A DNA stretch of 64,000 bases. It comes from Candidatus Omnitrophota bacterium (GTDB lineage: Bacteria; Omnitrophota; Gorgyraeia; Gygaellales; Profunditerraquicolaceae). The stretch spans positions 5,260 to 69,259 of the forward strand of contig JALOCB010000003.1 of the NCBI GenBank assembly GCA_023227985.1, read 5' to 3'. Position 1 is the stretch's first letter; every line of letters starts with the position of its first letter. The notes beneath the pieces were generated by a model, which searched no databases, had not been told where the DNA came from, and saw nothing but the letters and a program-made list of their open reading frames with translations. A program made the translations under genes and the position numbers. This document shows, one piece after another, positions 39,768-48,902 of this stretch.

Positions 39768-40996
39768 GATATTTTATGATGGACGATCAGGTTGATGATT
39801 CCCAATAGCGCGATTATGCAGCCTACTGCCACAAGGATATAGGTATGGGATAATTTGTCCGCCAGCTTGCTGCTGATGAACATGAATGTGAGGAATCCCA
39901 GATGCATTACGATTTCCAGAGAGCTGAAAACTTTGCCCATCATATGATTCGCGCTCACATTGTGAACTATAGTGTTGGAGGCGATCATAATCGGCGAAAT
40001 AGACATGCCTAGGCACAGAGATAATACGGCCGCGACTATGAAAACAGGATAGCGGGATATGCCTAAAGCGAAGGCAACAAGCATTATACCGCTTAAGATC
40101 AATGATGTAAAGATGGTTTTGTAGTGTGAGAGTTTGTGCCCGCAGTGGCCGTATATCAGCGAGCCGGTGAACAGGCCCAGGCCCAAGAACATGATCAATA
40201 ACCCCAGGTCTTTAGTGGCGGAATGCAGGGTTTTTTGGATGAAAACTATCGCGACTACGTATACCGAGCCCAGCGCCGCGAAAAGGGCGAACATCACCCC
40301 TGCGGTGAAGCGTATCTCTTTGTTTTTCCAGACATAAAAAATGCTTTCTTTTATGTCGCTGCCGATGGTTTTTTTGATCGCGCCGACTATTTCCTGGCTG
40401 GTCTTTTTTATATCAATCCGGGCAAAGCGGTTCTTTTTACTGATAAAGAAGAGCAATCCCGCGGATACGATAAAGCTTAAGCCGTCAAGGTAGAATCCGG
40501 CTTTGGCGCCTAATTTTTCAACGATCAGGCCGCTTATTCCGAAACCCAATACCGCGGCGATCATCCCTGTAGTATTGACCAGGGAGTTGGCGGCTACAAG
40601 GTCTTCTGCCGCTACCAGTTCCGGGACTATCGCCAGTTTTGCCGGGATAAAAAAGCGACCTAATGAGAAGACAACAAAAATAACAATGTATATACCGATG
40701 AACTTATTATAAAGGAACAGGAGTGGGATGGTCAGGACCAGGCATGCCCTTAATGAATCGCAAATGAACATAGTTTTTCGCCGGTCCCAGCGGTCAACAT
40801 AGGCCCCGGCGATCGGGCCGATCAAAAATACCGGGATCAGGGTAAATGAGAGTATTTTGGCGATCTGCCAGGTTGATCCGGGGACCAGGCCTATCAGGGC
40901 CATCTGGCTGAGGCGGTCTCCTAATTGGGAGATGATCTGGCTTAGCCAGAGCAGGGAGAAGTCGCGATTACGTAAAACCTTGGTAAACCTGGACAT
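39755..40996 (-). CDS. Major facilitator superfamily transporter.
   Basis: 12 predicted TM helices. MFS-like loop GPIAGAYVDRWDRRK between TM2 and TM3. Confidence 0.7.
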   Translation of the reverse strand: MSRFTKVLRNRDFSLLWLSQIISQLGDRLSQMALIGLVPGSTWQIAKILSFTLIPVFLIGPIAGAYVDRWDRRKTMFICDSLRACLVLTIPLLFLYNKFIGIYIVIFVVFSLGRFFIPAKLAIVPELVAAEDLVAANSLVNTTGMIAAVLGFGISGLIVEKLGAKAGFYLDGLSFIVSAGLLFFISKKNRFARIDIKKTSQEIVGAIKKTIGSDIKESIFYVWKNKEIRFTAGVMFALFAALGSVYVVAIVFIQKTLHSATKDLGLLIMFLGLGLFTGSLIYGHCGHKLSHYKTIFTSLILSGIMLVAFALGISRYPVFIVAAVLSLCLGMSISPIMIASNTIVHNVSANHMMGKVFSSLEIVMHLGFLTFMFISSKLADKLSHTYILVAVGCIIALLGIINLIVHHKISWLD

Positions 40997-41093
40997 TGGT
41001 TTTAATTAGAATACGGTTTTTTATTAATAAAATACGATGGTTTTCCGCAGCAAGCCATTTTGGGGCCTGCGGAAGGATATATGGCGAAATACA

Positions 41094-41166
41094 AGCCGGC
41101 GGAGGGAATCGAACCCACGACCCACGATTTACGAAACCGTTGCTCTACCAACTGAGCTACGCCGGC
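41094..41166 (-). tRNA. tRNA-Thr (anticodon CGU).
   Basis: Minus-strand read: GCCGGCG-TA-GCTC-AGTTGGTA-GAGC-A-ACGGT-TTCGTAA-ATCGT-GGGTC-GTGGG-TTCGATT-CCCTC-CGCCGGC-T. Cloverleaf with all stems paired. The anticodon loop TTCGTAA gives CGT. Confidence 0.85.
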
Positions 41167-41354
41167 ATAAATTTTAAAATAAAACTTTTCTAATCATTAT
41201 ATCAACTTTTAAGCAATAGTCAAATTATACCGGTTCAAAACATAAACATTCCGGTATCTTTAATTATTAAAAATACTTGACTTATGTATAGCTACGTAGT
41301 ATAAATAAAAAAACACCTGAAGATTTTTTCTTAATGCCGAGAAAGGTTGCGTAA

Positions 41355-42593
41355 ATGCCGCACGCGAATTTCCAGAATGACGATCTCTCCGAGAAAGAAC
41401 GACGCAATATAGACATACTTGAACTCCTGCGAAAACGCGGCCCGATAAGCCGTCCCGATATCTCCAAAGAAATAGGGATCAATGTGGTCACTATCTCGAA
41501 TTACATCGACGATTTCATAAAGCATAATCTGGTTTATGAAAAGGAGCTTGATGTTTCCGAGGGCGGCAGGAGGCCTGTGCTTTTGGATTTGAATTCCCAG
41601 GGCGGTTATATAGTCGGTGTGGGGCTGAACCTGATGAATATGGTGGGGCTGCTGGTGGATTTAAAAGGCAATATCATCACTAAGACGCAGATCGCCCGGC
41701 CGCAGAAACTGTCGGTAAAGGATATCACCGAATGCCTCCTGGAGATCATCCGCGAGATATTCCGCAGGTCTAAGGATTACTCCGCTAACATAAAGGGCAT
41801 CGGCGTAGGCATAGCCGGCCTGGTCAGCAAGCAGGATGGTTCTATACACTGGCCGCAAAAAATGGACCATTACTATACTTACGCCTCGGTAGACCTGCCG
41901 CTCAAGAACCTCATCGAACGCGAATTCAATTTGCCTACCTTGATTGAGAATGACGCTACCAGCGCCTGTTTCGGTGAATATTGGCTGGGCCTGGAGACCG
42001 GTATAAAAAACATGATCTATATGTTTTCCGGCGTAGGCTGCGGCTTGTTGATGAACGGCCAGATATACCGGGGGACCCAGGGGTACGCCGGAGAGGTCGC
42101 GGTTTATAATTACAAAGAACAGGACCTCTTCAATTGCCAGGCGGGAAATGATTGTTTTCTAAAGCGCTGGGAAATGGACCTGGGAATAGTAGAAGACGTC
42201 AAAGCCGCGCTGGCTAAAGACCCGGAAGCCGCTTCCCGTTTTTTTAAATTGACTTCCGCTAATATCGATAATATAGACCTGAAAAGCGTTTTTATCGGCG
42301 CCCGGACCAATGATCCGATCATCCTCGCGGCTTTAGAGAAAGCAGCTAAGCGCCTGGGAATAAAGATAGCTTCCCTGGTTAATTTCCTGAACCCCGAAAT
42401 GGTGGTTCTTGGGGGCGGGCTGGAAGAAGCGGGGGACGCTTTCTTGAATAAAGTTTCCTCGACTGTAAGGGAGTGGGCTTTCAGGGAAGTCACTTCGGAC
42501 CTTAAGATCGTTTACTCGCAGCTGCGCGAAAACGCCGTTTCGTTGGGCGCTGCGAGTTTAGTGATGCAGCGGCTTTTCGCCCAGGTATGGTAA
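41355..42593 (+). CDS. ROK family protein (NagC/Mlc-type regulator with N-terminal HTH; a sugar kinase function is not excluded).
   Basis: N-terminal winged-helix region (ILELLRKRGPISRPDISKEIGI). ROK sugar-kinase core GVGIAGLV ... GLETGIKNMIYMFSGVGCG. Confidence 0.65.
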   Translation: MPHANFQNDDLSEKERRNIDILELLRKRGPISRPDISKEIGINVVTISNYIDDFIKHNLVYEKELDVSEGGRRPVLLDLNSQGGYIVGVGLNLMNMVGLLVDLKGNIITKTQIARPQKLSVKDITECLLEIIREIFRRSKDYSANIKGIGVGIAGLVSKQDGSIHWPQKMDHYYTYASVDLPLKNLIEREFNLPTLIENDATSACFGEYWLGLETGIKNMIYMFSGVGCGLLMNGQIYRGTQGYAGEVAVYNYKEQDLFNCQAGNDCFLKRWEMDLGIVEDVKAALAKDPEAASRFFKLTSANIDNIDLKSVFIGARTNDPIILAALEKAAKRLGIKIASLVNFLNPEMVVLGGGLEEAGDAFLNKVSSTVREWAFREVTSDLKIVYSQLRENAVSLGAASLVMQRLFAQVW

Positions 42594-42603
42594 AAAGGAG
42601 TTA

Positions 42604-43863
42604 TTGATGACAGATAGGAAAGTAATAGTCATTATCGGCCTCTTAATTATAATCGCGGTGATCGCGATGTTCGCTTACGGTAAGGTCAATCAGGTGAGCG
42701 TGCTGCAGAGCGATAAGGCCGGCCTGGAAGAGGAAAAAAAGACCCTGGGCGTGAAACTGGAAAGCCTTACCCAGGAGAACCGGGCCTTTAAAGATAAGAT
42801 CATTTCTTTCAACGAGCGCCTGGAAAAACTGGGCACGGAAAAAGGCGAGATACATAAAAGATTTGAATTGGCGGTAAAAGAGAAAGAAGAGCTGAAGAAT
42901 GAGATACGGAAACTGAATAGGGATATCGCCGCGGAGAAAGAAAGATCGGCGATAATCAAATCCGCTCCCCGCAGCTCGGATGCGGCTTCTGAAAAGGGGC
43001 CGGGCGAATTGGAGGGCGATACCTACTGGGCGGGGATATTGAAGAATAAGGCTGAATTGGAATTAGAGATAGAGACCCTGCGTGACGATCTGGATGCCTT
43101 AAAAGAAACTAACGCGAAATTAACGCGGGCTAAGAATGATCTTATCCTGGAGTTGAAGAGCCAAAACCGCGGCACACTCGATTCCGAGCGCCAGCTTATG
43201 TATAATAATAAGGTAATAGACAGCCTGACCCAGGAGCTTTTCCGCGAGAAATCCGATAAATTGATCATTCAGGCTAACCTTAATTCGCTGGAAGCGGATA
43301 ACGCTTTGCTGAAAGACCAGTTGAATGGCCTGGATGCACGTAAAGCCGAACTGGAAAATAAATTCGCGGAATTGCAGGCAAAAAATAAGCTTATGGAGAA
43401 TGATCTTACCCGGATGGAGGTGTTCATCCGCCAGAAGGTAATGCAGATGGATAATCTTAAAGAGGAATTGGGCAATTTGCATCAGCCGAAGATTGTTCCG
43501 TTTGTAAGCCCGGAACCGGCACGGGCAGTTTCATCGCAAAAAGCGGCCGCGGAATCGAGGAAAGAGGCTGTGCAGCTTCAGCCTATAGTAGTGCGCCCCC
43601 AGGACGCGGGTAAAGGCAGATCAGCGCCGGTTGCGGTCCAGGCCAATAAGGCCGAGGTATTGGCGGTAAACCCGGAAAACAACTTTGTGATCATTAATAC
43701 CGGTGAGGCCGCCGGGGTAAAGGTAGGGGATAGATTCCGTGTTCATAATAAGAAAAGGCAAACTATAAGCGATATTGAGGTCATCCAGGTCCGTAAGAAT
43801 ATCGCGGCCTGCGATATAAAGAACCAGAATTATACTATTGAAGTAGGCGACGAGGTCAAATAG
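42604..43863 (+). CDS. Membrane-anchored coiled-coil protein, hypothetical.
   Basis: N-terminal TM helix, then ~250 aa of heptad-rich sequence, then a C-terminal beta-rich domain. Confidence 0.45.
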   Translation: MMTDRKVIVIIGLLIIIAVIAMFAYGKVNQVSVLQSDKAGLEEEKKTLGVKLESLTQENRAFKDKIISFNERLEKLGTEKGEIHKRFELAVKEKEELKNEIRKLNRDIAAEKERSAIIKSAPRSSDAASEKGPGELEGDTYWAGILKNKAELELEIETLRDDLDALKETNAKLTRAKNDLILELKSQNRGTLDSERQLMYNNKVIDSLTQELFREKSDKLIIQANLNSLEADNALLKDQLNGLDARKAELENKFAELQAKNKLMENDLTRMEVFIRQKVMQMDNLKEELGNLHQPKIVPFVSPEPARAVSSQKAAAESRKEAVQLQPIVVRPQDAGKGRSAPVAVQANKAEVLAVNPENNFVIINTGEAAGVKVGDRFRVHNKKRQTISDIEVIQVRKNIAACDIKNQNYTIEVGDEVK

Positions 43864-43906
43864 CTTTATAGGCCGGCAGTCGACCTGTTATCCGGAATAA
43901 TAAATA

Positions 43907-44932
43907 GTGCGCACAAAGAAAACATCCTCTAAAACTATTTCCATCAAGGACGTTGCCAGGCTGGCTAAGGTTTCTATCAGCACTGTTTCCCGGGTCATAA
44001 ATAAGAGCCCTTCGGTCAAGGCAGCCAGTAAGGCCCGGGTCATCCAAGTGGTAAAAGATCTGCATTTCCAGCCCTCTGTTTCCGCACAGCGCCTGGCTAC
44101 CGGTAAAAGCAACGTGGTCGCTCTGGTCATTCCCCGGTACGAAGGCATATTTTATTCTTTCTACGCGCTGGAATTGATCCGGGGCATAGGCACATTGGCC
44201 TCGGCATTGAAGCTGGACCTGCTTCTGCATCTTACTGAAAGCAATTCAACGCTGAACCTTAAAGGCGTCGGCGGAGTGATCTTTGCGGATATTATCGCCA
44301 ACCGCCTGCAGTTGGAGGATGCTTTGAGTTGCGGCATCCCCGCGGTATTGATCAATAATTACGCCGAAGACCTGAACGTCACCTGCCTGGCTATCGATAA
44401 TAAGAAAGGCGCGGAGGAAGCGGTGAATTACCTTATCGGGCTCGGCCATAAAAAGATCGCCCATATTACCGGCGATATCGTTACCCAGGCCGCCAGCCAT
44501 CGTTTGCTCGGATATAAGGCGGCGATGGATGAGAACAAGATCGCCTTCAGGCCGGATTATGTGATCAATACGGATTATTCCCGCGGCCAGGCCAGGGGCG
44601 CCGCTGAAAAACTGCTTGATCTGCCGGATCGGCCTACCGCCGTATTTGTGGCTTCCGACTCTATGGCGCTGGAGGTTATTGCGGTGGCCAGGGAGCGCGG
44701 GATCCGGATCCCCCAGGATCTGTCGGTGGTCGGTTTTGACGATAACCCTTCCGGGCTTTACGGCCCGGTGGCGTTGACCACGGTAAGGCAGCCTTTGGTA
44801 AAAATGGCGCAGGATTCGGTAAAAGAATTGAATATCCTGATGGCGGACAAGAACGCCGGCAAGAAAACTCAGGCTAAAAAGATCTTCCTCCCCGCTGAAT
44901 TAGTGATCAGGGAGTCTTGCCAGCAGATATAG
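43907..44932 (+). CDS. LacI family transcriptional regulator.
   Basis: HTH ISIKDVARLAKVSISTVSRVIN. Periplasmic-binding-like sugar-binding core. Confidence 0.85.
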   Translation: MRTKKTSSKTISIKDVARLAKVSISTVSRVINKSPSVKAASKARVIQVVKDLHFQPSVSAQRLATGKSNVVALVIPRYEGIFYSFYALELIRGIGTLASALKLDLLLHLTESNSTLNLKGVGGVIFADIIANRLQLEDALSCGIPAVLINNYAEDLNVTCLAIDNKKGAEEAVNYLIGLGHKKIAHITGDIVTQAASHRLLGYKAAMDENKIAFRPDYVINTDYSRGQARGAAEKLLDLPDRPTAVFVASDSMALEVIAVARERGIRIPQDLSVVGFDDNPSGLYGPVALTTVRQPLVKMAQDSVKELNILMADKNAGKKTQAKKIFLPAELVIRESCQQI

Positions 44933-44972
44933 CCAGTCGCAGTTCGATCTTTCGTAATGGCCGGAAGGAATA

Positions 44973-45020
44973 AAATACAACAAGTTGTATTGTTGTAGAT
45001 TAAAAATACAATATGTTGTA
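44973..45020. promoter_or_regulatory. Two tandem NrdR-box-like 16-bp palindromes with centres 32 bp apart: ATACAACAAGTTGTAT at 44973-44988 and ATACAATATGTTGTAT at 45005-45020.
   Basis: Read directly. The NrdR consensus is acaCwAtATaTwGtgt, typically as tandem boxes 31-32 bp apart upstream of nrd genes. Located upstream of nrdJ. Confidence 0.6.
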
Positions 45021-45027
45021 TTTTTTT

Positions 45028-45056
45028 ATTGACATGTTATTTTGGCGGTGATATAC
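45028..45056 (+). promoter_or_regulatory. Sigma70-type promoter of nrdJ. TTGACA, 17-nt spacer, TATACT.
   Basis: Near-consensus hexamers read directly, 64 nt upstream of the start codon. Confidence 0.6.
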
Positions 45057-45119
45057 TCACAAGATGTCAGCGGTATTTTTGTCAGATCAGGTTCAACGGT
45101 TTTATTATAGGAGGAGAAA

Positions 45120-47405
45120 ATGTCGTTAGCGCTTTCCCAGAATGCCCTCAGGGTGCTGGAGAGAAGGTACCTTAAGAGGGACAAGTCCGGCAAGGTCATT
45201 GAGACCCCGGAGGAGATGTTTCACCGGGTCGCCAGGGCTATCGCCGAAGCCGAGCTGAAGTATAACAAAACGGAAAAAGATGTGGCCCGGATGGAAGATG
45301 AATTTTACCGGGTGATGACCTCGTTGGAATTTGTCCCTAATTCCCCCTGCCTGATGAACGCCGGACGGGACCTGGGGCAGTTAAGCGCCTGTTTTACCCT
45401 GCCGATAGAAGATTCCATGGATTCGATATTCGAAACGCTAAAAGCGACCGCGATGATCCATAAGTCGGGTGGCGGCACCGGTTTTTCTTTCTCACGCCTG
45501 CGTTCCAAGAATTCCGTGGTCAAGACCACCGGCGGCGTAGCTTCCGGCCCGGTTTCTTTTATGCGGGTCTATGACGCGGCCACAGAGGCGGTAAAACAGG
45601 GCGGGACCCGGCGCGGCGCGAATATGGGCATCCTGGGAGTGGATCATCCCGACATCCTGGAATTCATCACCTGCAAGGAAAACAACAAGGAGATAGTCAA
45701 TTTCAATATCTCGGTAGCTATTACCGACGAATTTATGGAGAAATTGAAGACCGGCCAGAAGTATAATCTTATAGACCCTCATACCAAGCAGGTCTATAAG
45801 GAGATCAATCCCAAAGAGGTGTTCGACCTGGTGGTGAAACAGGCGCACAAGAACGGCGAGCCGGGGATTATTTACATTGACAAAATAAACATCGAAAATC
45901 CTACTCCGCACTTAGGCAAGATGGAGAGCACTAATCCGTGCGGGGAGCAGCCGCTTCTGCCTTATGAAAGCTGCGACCTGGGCTCGATAAACCTGGCGGT
46001 GTTATATAAACAGTCGGGTTCCCGCTGTGTAGTCGATTGGGACGAGATCAAAAAAGTGGTCAGGTTGGGCGTGCATTTTCTGGATAATCTGATCGACGTT
46101 AATAAGTTCCCTTTGCCGGAGATTGAGAAAGCGACTACCTCTACCCGCAAGATCGGGCTGGGCGTGATGGGTTGGGCAAGCCTCCTGATAAAACTGGGCA
46201 TACCTTATAACAGCCAGGAAGCGGTGGATCTGGCGGAAAAGGTAATGTCGTTCATATTAGACGAAGGCTTGAAGAAATCGCAGGAGCTGGCGAGGGAAAA
46301 AGGGACTTTTCCGACTTACAAGGGTTCGACCTGGGATAAGAAGAATATCCTTATGCGCAACGCCACCCTGACTACGATAGCCCCTACCGGCACGATCAGC
46401 ATTATCGCCGGTCCGTGTTCTTCGGGCATAGAGCCGTTATTCGCGATAGTATATTACCGCAATGTAATGGATAACGATAAGTTGGTGGAAGTTGACCCGT
46501 TGTTCGAGAAGATCGCCAAGGAGCGCGGATTCTACAGCCGGGAATTAATGGAGAAGATCGCCGAAAGCAGTTCATTGAAGGATATCGAGGGTATTCCGGA
46601 GGACGTAAAGAGGATTTTTGTCACTGCCCATGATATCTCTCCGGAGTGGCACGTGAAGATGCAGGCGGCTTTCCAGAAATACGTGCACAACGCGGTTTCC
46701 AAGACGATAAACTTTCCGCATGAGGCTATTTCCGAAGATGTGCGCAAGGCGTACCTCCTGGCGTATGAGTTGGGGTGCAAAGGCATAACGGTTTACCGCG
46801 ACCGCAGCCGCGAAGAGCAGGTGTTGAATATAAACCATAAGACAGAGGCTCCGCAGTCGCAGGAGTCGAAAAGCGAACCGGGAAAGATCACGCCCAGGCC
46901 AAGGCCTGAGGTTATCTTTGGGACCACTACCAAGGTCTCGACCGGCTGCGGCAACCTTTACGTCACTATTAATATCGACGAAGAAGGCAAGCCTTTTGAA
47001 CTTTTTACCCAGATGGGAAAGGCCGGCGGATGCGCCGGCAGCCAGCTTGAGGCATTGGGCCGCATGGTATCTCTGGGCTTCCGCGCGGGGGTGGAAGTTA
47101 AATCTATTATGGAGCAACTGCGCAATATACGCTGCCCTTCCCCTTCCTGGGAAAAAGGCCAGAGGATATTCTCTTGCGCTGACGCGATCGCCCGGGTCAT
47201 AGAAAAAAGGCTTGTAAGTACCCAGGCGCATAAGTCCGCGCTGGAGACAGCTCCGATAGCCATGAAACATTCTCATCATGACGACAACGGGCTGGAAGAT
47301 AACGCTCAGGGAGAGATCGTGGGGATGTGCCCTGACTGCGGCGGCACGCTGCGGCATGAAGAAGGCTGTATAAAATGCCATAGCTGCGGTTTTTCCAAGT
47401 GCTAA
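45120..47405 (+). CDS. nrdJ: Adenosylcobalamin-dependent (class II) ribonucleotide reductase.
   Basis: RBS AGGAGGAG. RNR core motifs NSPCLMNAG and STNPCGEQPLLPYESCDLGSINL. Monomeric class II length of 761 aa. C-terminal Zn-ribbon CPDCGG...CIKCHSCG. Confidence 0.85.
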   Translation: MSLALSQNALRVLERRYLKRDKSGKVIETPEEMFHRVARAIAEAELKYNKTEKDVARMEDEFYRVMTSLEFVPNSPCLMNAGRDLGQLSACFTLPIEDSMDSIFETLKATAMIHKSGGGTGFSFSRLRSKNSVVKTTGGVASGPVSFMRVYDAATEAVKQGGTRRGANMGILGVDHPDILEFITCKENNKEIVNFNISVAITDEFMEKLKTGQKYNLIDPHTKQVYKEINPKEVFDLVVKQAHKNGEPGIIYIDKINIENPTPHLGKMESTNPCGEQPLLPYESCDLGSINLAVLYKQSGSRCVVDWDEIKKVVRLGVHFLDNLIDVNKFPLPEIEKATTSTRKIGLGVMGWASLLIKLGIPYNSQEAVDLAEKVMSFILDEGLKKSQELAREKGTFPTYKGSTWDKKNILMRNATLTTIAPTGTISIIAGPCSSGIEPLFAIVYYRNVMDNDKLVEVDPLFEKIAKERGFYSRELMEKIAESSSLKDIEGIPEDVKRIFVTAHDISPEWHVKMQAAFQKYVHNAVSKTINFPHEAISEDVRKAYLLAYELGCKGITVYRDRSREEQVLNINHKTEAPQSQESKSEPGKITPRPRPEVIFGTTTKVSTGCGNLYVTINIDEEGKPFELFTQMGKAGGCAGSQLEALGRMVSLGFRAGVEVKSIMEQLRNIRCPSPSWEKGQRIFSCADAIARVIEKRLVSTQAHKSALETAPIAMKHSHHDDNGLEDNAQGEIVGMCPDCGGTLRHEEGCIKCHSCGFSKC

Positions 47406-47424
47406 ACTGATTTAACAAATACAT

Positions 47425-47468
47425 AGTCCCTTGTCCGGCTTCTGCCGGGCAAGGGACTGCTTATTTTA
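47425..47468 (+). terminator. Intrinsic terminator after nrdJ. A 15-bp stem (AGTCCCTTGTCCGGC / GCCGGGCAAGGGACT) followed by a T-rich tract.
   Basis: Read directly. Confidence 0.7.
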
Positions 47469-47543
47469 TACCCTAAAAGTATTGTTCACCCGGGTATTAA
47501 TTTACGATAAACACCGGCTTTTAGGCCGGGGCGGGATAAATCT

Positions 47544-48830
47544 ATGCGGAATATAATTTACATGATATTGGACGGATTGGCGGACCTGCCGGTCAAAGAG
47601 CTCGGGCAGAAAACCCCTTTAGAGGCGGCGTATACGCCTAATCTGGACCGATTGGCCCAGATGGGCGTCACCGGATCGGTTGATCCGGTTAAGGAAGGGA
47701 TATTCCCGGAATCCGATCTGGCGGTAATAAGCCTTTTAGGCTACGATGTCGGTAAATATTACACCGGACGCGGTCCTCTGGAGGCGTTTGCCTGCGGCAT
47801 AAGCATCGAAGACGGCAATCTCGCTTTGAGGGTTAATTTCGCCAGCGCGGATGATGATGGACGGATTATAATGGACCGGCGCTGCGCCAAAAGCCTTTCA
47901 TTTGAAGAGGCGTCGTTTTTGGCCGGCCAGATCAATTCCCGGGTGACTTTATCCGGCGCGACGTTTGAATTCAAGAATACTGTCGGCCACCGCGGGGTGC
48001 TGGTCATCCGGGGGATACGCTCTAAATTATCCGGATGGATAACTAACACTGACCCGGCATATGACCGCAGGGGGATATTGGGCGCTCCTTGCAAGGAATT
48101 TTCCAATAAGCTTTTGGATTGCCAGCCGATGCCCGGCTACGAGGATATGCCTCAGGCGGTCGAGGCCGCGAACCTGGTGAATGAATTCACCCGGAAATCC
48201 CATCAGGTGCTTAATGAATGCGGCGTTAACAAGAAGAGGCTGAGCGAGAACAAACTTCCGGCTAACCTGATCTTATCGCGTTATGCCGGGGACAGGCTGC
48301 CGGGTTTTGCGCCGATCGGCGAGCTTTATAAAGATATTAAATTCGGTTGTTTCGTGGAAATGCCGGTGGAAAGAGGGATCGCGCTTTTGACCGGAATGGA
48401 TATTATAGCCGTGCCTTCATCGAGCGGGCATATGGACGTGGATTATCCGGTATGGGCCAAGGTGGCTTTAGACGCAATGAACGGTTATAACGGGGTATAT
48501 ATACATATCAAAGGCCCTGATGAGGCCGGCCACGATAAAGACCATTTAAAGAAAAAAGCGGTTATCGAGGCGATAGATAAATTTCTTTTCGGCAATATTA
48601 TCCCTAACATCGATCTTAAAAAGACGATAGTTTGTGTCACCTCGGACCATATCACTGATTCTGTCCTGGGCCGGCATTCTTTTGGATGCGTTCCTCTGCT
48701 TATTTCCGGAGGCAAGATCAAGCCTGACGGGACATTGAGCTTCTCTGAAAAGGCGGCTAAGCTTGGCTCGTTGGGGTTGCTCAAGGGTCAGGATATTCTT
48801 GCCTTGCTTGTGAAAACCGCTCAAGGGTAG
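47544..48830 (+). CDS. apgM: 2,3-bisphosphoglycerate-independent phosphoglycerate mutase, archaeal-type.
   Basis: N-terminal IYMILDGLADLP. Length of ~428 aa and the metal-binding region HIKGPDEAGHD are typical of the apgM family. Confidence 0.75.
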   Translation: MRNIIYMILDGLADLPVKELGQKTPLEAAYTPNLDRLAQMGVTGSVDPVKEGIFPESDLAVISLLGYDVGKYYTGRGPLEAFACGISIEDGNLALRVNFASADDDGRIIMDRRCAKSLSFEEASFLAGQINSRVTLSGATFEFKNTVGHRGVLVIRGIRSKLSGWITNTDPAYDRRGILGAPCKEFSNKLLDCQPMPGYEDMPQAVEAANLVNEFTRKSHQVLNECGVNKKRLSENKLPANLILSRYAGDRLPGFAPIGELYKDIKFGCFVEMPVERGIALLTGMDIIAVPSSSGHMDVDYPVWAKVALDAMNGYNGVYIHIKGPDEAGHDKDHLKKKAVIEAIDKFLFGNIIPNIDLKKTIVCVTSDHITDSVLGRHSFGCVPLLISGGKIKPDGTLSFSEKAAKLGSLGLLKGQDILALLVKTAQG

Positions 48831-48902
48831 TATAATACTCGCATTATAAATCAAATAGGTATAGATGGAGTTAAAGGCACGGGGAACAGGTTCTTTATTC
48901 CT

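Noticed and set aside
41355-42593. ROK protein as the missing glucokinase of the fused glycolytic pathway.
   Set aside because: The N-terminal 80 aa form a winged-helix DNA-binding domain typical of NagC/Mlc-type repressors. A kinase function cannot be excluded, but a regulator is more likely.
46572-47381. A 269-aa minus-strand ORF antisense to nrdJ.
   Set aside because: It is a shadow ORF within a high-confidence RNR gene. The sequence is Arg/Ala-rich low-complexity.
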